From Methanomethylovorans hollandica DSM 15978 (lineage in GTDB: Archaea; Halobacteriota; Methanosarcinia; Methanosarcinales; Methanosarcinaceae): DNA of 64,000 nt. Shown in pieces: positions 61,022 through 64,000 of the stretch (position 1 is the first letter of the stretch; each line of letters begins with the position of its first letter). The stretch lies in the NCBI RefSeq assembly GCF_000328665.1, contig NC_019977.1, forward strand, positions 558,001 to 622,000, written 5' to 3'. The notes below the pieces were generated by a model that was not told the origin of the DNA, did no database searches, and saw only the letters and a list, made by a program, of their open reading frames with translations. Both the position numbers and the translations under genes were made by a program.

Positions 61022-61396
61022 TCAACAACAGTAGAAAGATGTCAAGGCATCGGTTGTATGTGAAACAAACGGATACGTCAATTCAGCATCAGATTCTACG
61101 ACCAGATTGCCAAACCACGATCCATCGCTGTTGGAATCTACTATGGTAGACCTGAGTATGTCTATCCCAGCTTCCACTATTTGATAAGCTTCGAATATCT
61201 GGGCCAACTCCGCTTGCCCAGCTTCAAAACTATCGCCGAGTTCCTTCATAGCTTCGACAAATCCCTGTTCTATCAGATCAACTGGATTGATACCAACTTC
61301 AAGAGCTTCTCGAGCTATTCTTTCAACTGACCGTTCATCAAGATCAATGACAGCCTTTTTTGCATTATCAAAGATCTCGTAGCTTACTGAATTCAT
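61022..61396 (-). CDS. stand-alone B12-binding cap (four-helix) domain protein
   Basis: AV.D.DE.......EALE.G..P...IEQG....M..LGD.FE.G...L..I pattern; no DxHxxG Rossmann domain. Confidence 0.75.
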   Translation of the reverse strand: MNSVSYEIFDNAKKAVIDLDERSVERIAREALEVGINPVDLIEQGFVEAMKELGDSFEAGQAELAQIFEAYQIVEAGIDILRSTIVDSNSDGSWFGNLVVESDAELTYPFVSHTTDALTSFYCC

Positions 61397-61521
61397 TTTC
61401 TTTACCTGCTTTGCTTCATGCTATTCTTTTTATCCTGTTCTTTTCTAGAGGGTCTCATAGGGATTTAGTGCAAACTATCTTTTAGAGGTCTTTTGCATTT
61501 TTTTCTAAGGGATCACCTCAA

Positions 61522-61594
61522 AGCCAAGACCCGGAATCGAACCGGGAAATAATGGATCTGCAGTCCACTGCGTTAGCCTTTCCGCCATCTTGGC
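61522..61594 (-). tRNA. tRNA-Cys(GCA)
   Basis: GCCAAGA TG GCG GAAAGGCTAA CGC A GTGGA CTGCAGA TCCAT TATTT CCCGG TTCGATT CCGGG TCTTGGC T. Confidence 0.96.
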
Positions 61595-61603
61595 AACAAT
61601 CCA

Positions 61604-61615
61604 TCACAATCGTGA
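61604..61615. promoter_or_regulatory. palindromic operator candidate TCACAATCGTGA
   Basis: One mismatch to TCACAATTGTGA, 28 nt downstream of the minus-strand TATA box TTTAAATA (61644-61651). Confidence 0.6.
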
Positions 61616-61716
61616 ATTGACAACTCACTATACTCAATGTTACTATTTAAACATAGATTTATAGGCAAAAAAAGCCTGAAATGGTTCTTATCATCAACTA
61701 TATTGCATCAACTTTA

Positions 61717-62499
61717 TTACGGAATTTTCAGGCTATCAGGTACATTACCCTCTATTCTTTCTTCACCTGAATAGATGTTCATCTTTTTGCTGCGCACAAA
61801 GCCTACGATTGTAAGCCCTCTGGATTTTGCTGTTTCAATTGCCAGAGTGGTTGTAGCACCTCTCGAAATAACAATAGGTATGTTCGCTATCAGGCATTTC
61901 CTAACCAACTCAGAAGAAATGCGGCCAGAACATATGACATAGGTCTGTGAAAGATCAATTTCTTTTTCGAGAGCATACCCTATCACCTTGTCAAGCGCGT
62001 TATGCCTGCCGATGTCCTCTACAACACACATCTTTCCAGATGCATTATATAGAGCCACTACATGTATACCTCCTGTCAGGACATGAAGCTCGGATTTTAG
62101 GGCTTGTTCAACAGAACTCCGAATCATATCAGAAGTAAGTACAAGATCCGACTTTATCTCGGGGAGTCTCTGGATATCGAGAAAAGACATTGTTCCACCG
62201 CACCCGCTCAGAACCGTTTTCTTTGAAACAAGGATCTTGAAAGGATCTGTTGTTAACACACTGGCATTGCTACCTTCTATGACCAGCGATTCAACTTCAT
62301 TTGGTCCCTTGATTATTTTCTCTGTATAGAGAAAACCTATCACGAACTCCCTGAGCATCATCGGGCTTGTCATGGCAGTAAGAACATGACGGCCATTTAC
62401 TGTTACTGCAAGTGGTATTTCCTCAACCACCGGATGCATATCAGAATGAAATGAATCCAATTCCCCTTTTATACATGGCACTTCCATGAACATGATCAT
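61717..62499 (-). CDS. fdhD: formate dehydrogenase accessory sulfurtransferase FdhD
   Basis: E.PL...VNG, GFLYTE, SGCG, TGGIH, EDIGRHNALDKVIG, SGRISSELV.K, GF.R. Confidence 0.93.
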   Translation of the reverse strand: MIMFMEVPCIKGELDSFHSDMHPVVEEIPLAVTVNGRHVLTAMTSPMMLREFVIGFLYTEKIIKGPNEVESLVIEGSNASVLTTDPFKILVSKKTVLSGCGGTMSFLDIQRLPEIKSDLVLTSDMIRSSVEQALKSELHVLTGGIHVVALYNASGKMCVVEDIGRHNALDKVIGYALEKEIDLSQTYVICSGRISSELVRKCLIANIPIVISRGATTTLAIETAKSRGLTIVGFVRSKKMNIYSGEERIEGNVPDSLKIP

Positions 62500-63405
62500 A
62501 ATCTCCTGGCTATTTCTTCTACAGTGGCAATAAGCAGATCTATCTCTTCTTCTGTATTATACAAATAAAGGCTTGCCCGCACGGTGCCTTGCTCAAGGCC
62601 CAGGTGTTTCATAAGAGGCTGGCAACAATGCTCTCCAGATCTCACCATTATAGCAGCAGCTTCATCCAGAATATGTGCCACTTCATGAGAATGCAGTCCG
62701 TGGATGTTGAATGAAACAACACCTATTCTGTCCTTATCATCCACAGGGCCGTATGTGGAAACTTCATCTATTCCAGAAAGACCTTTGATCATCCGATGAG
62801 TAAGTTTTTCTTCTCGTTTCTGAAGAGCACCCATATCTGTTTGGTTGAGGTAATCTACTGCCTCTGCCAGACCAATCATACCTGAGATGTGAGATGTTCC
62901 AGCTTCATATCTCTGATAACCGCTTGCTAAGGTATAACCTTCTTCTGAGACCTTATCTATCATCCCACCACCCACCACAAAGGGATTAATATCAGTTTCT
63001 CCCATCCAGAGAATTCCAGTCCCCGTTGGGCCAAGCATCTTGTGCCCGGAAAAGCATAGATAATCACATCCAAGATCTTTTACATTAACAGGTAAATGAG
63101 GAACTGACTGAGCACCGTCAACCAGTAATTTTACTCCATGTTTCTTACATATGGAAGCAATATGTTTCACAGGTAAAATATTACCAAGGACATTGGATGC
63201 ATGAGTAACAGCTACAAGCTTTGTGTTATCATCGATTACAGCATCTAGCTCAGAGAGATCCAATGAACCATCGCACTTAGGTCTTATCAGAGAAACTGTC
63301 ACTCCTTTGTCTCTTAATCTTATCCACGGCAGGAAGTTCGAGTGATGCTCAAGTATTGTAGTCACAATGCTATCACCCTTCTGCCACTCTTGGCCACTAA
63401 CTACC
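62496..63405 (-). pseudogene. sufS: SufS-type cysteine desulfurase, 5' end interrupted by an IS5 element
   Basis: EHHSN, HASNVLG, DGAQ, SGHKMLGPTG, EAGT, RSGEHCCQP, RAS..YN. The first ~18 codons of the 63461 ORF come from IS sequence, and the normal N-terminus is missing. Confidence 0.85.
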
Positions 63406-64000
63406 GAGCCTATTTCAAAACTTCTCTCACACCTTTTTCCAACACAACATAAAGCATGCAATATCTAATAATCCTTTGAAAACCACATTAAGCCTTTCAT
63501 ATCTACTTGCCAGTTTTCTAAATCCCATCTTCAACCATGCAAAGAATCGTTCTATAGTTCCTCTGTAATGATATGTTTCCTCATCAAATCGAGTAGGTCT
63601 TCCTTTTTTCTTTCTTTTACTGTTCCTTGTATTGATCGGTATGTTGCTTTTGATAGCTCTGGACCTTAAATACTGCCTGATCTCTGCATCGTCGTATGCA
63701 GCATCTGCCAGAACTTCAAGAGGTCTTGTTCTTGGTCTTCCATGGGTATTGACCTTAATATTCTCCATAACTTCAATGAAGTACTGTCTGTCGTGCTCTT
63801 TTCCAGAAGATATTTGGATTGTAAGAGGAAAACCTTCACAACTTACACATGCATGAATCTTTATGCCTTTTCTTTTCTTGTGACCGTTGTACGAGGAGTC
63901 CTCTCCCCTTTTTTAGCTTCGATGAAACTGCTATCGATACACACTGTATCCAACGAGAACTTACCTTTCTGGTAAGCGGAATCCCGAAGAGATTCCATTA
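63406..64000 (-). mobile_element. IS5-family insertion sequence (IS427-like, frameshifted transposase), continues beyond window
   Basis: DDE motifs IDSS (upstream frame), ADAAYD and R.TIERFF.WLK.GFRKL..RYE. The -1 slippery site AAAAAAGGGG lies at 63905-63914. The probable terminal repeat GAGCCTATTTCAAAA starts at 63406. Confidence 0.9.

Overview
Archaeal chromosome segment, most likely a methylotrophic methanogen of the Methanosarcinaceae (inferred from SepCysS, PGF-pre-PGF surface proteins, an archaellin, KEOPS genes, archaeal LeuRS and a corrinoid cap domain). It has four zones. (1) 1-15.3 kb: three tandem, very large CobN/Mg-chelatase-H-like genes whose products look exported and C-terminally membrane-anchored. 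All three share a CCHHTCGNP motif, and the two complete copies carry different N-terminal repeat modules. (2) 15.5-26.5 kb: a PfkB kinase and three PGF-pre-PGF surface proteins with a shared non-PGF C-terminal anchor. (3) 26.5-48.2 kb: mostly housekeeping genes (kae1, bud32, rdgB, rlmE, leuS, cgi121, glpX, MtaB-type methylthiotransferase, CLC channel, acyl-CoA ligase, pgk), plus an orphan archaellin with a cupredoxin-like insert and a (TC)10(TA)9 tract upstream. (4) 48.3-64 kb: an accessory region. It begins with a 2.7-kb cassette bounded by 60-bp direct repeats. Next comes a partly eroded sulfur/cysteine island: ThiS-like carrier, cysE-DUF59 fusion, cysK, remnants of thiI, pdxS and a CBS protein, metY, N-terminally extended SepCysS, two tRNA-Cys genes, a cysS remnant, fdhD and an IS5-interrupted cysteine desulfurase. 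The island also holds a CBS-HEPN gene, a frameshifted wHTH regulator missed by the ORF track, and a recurring palindrome TCACAATTGTGA at three promoters. Family assignments come from motif recognition by eye; no database search was run.
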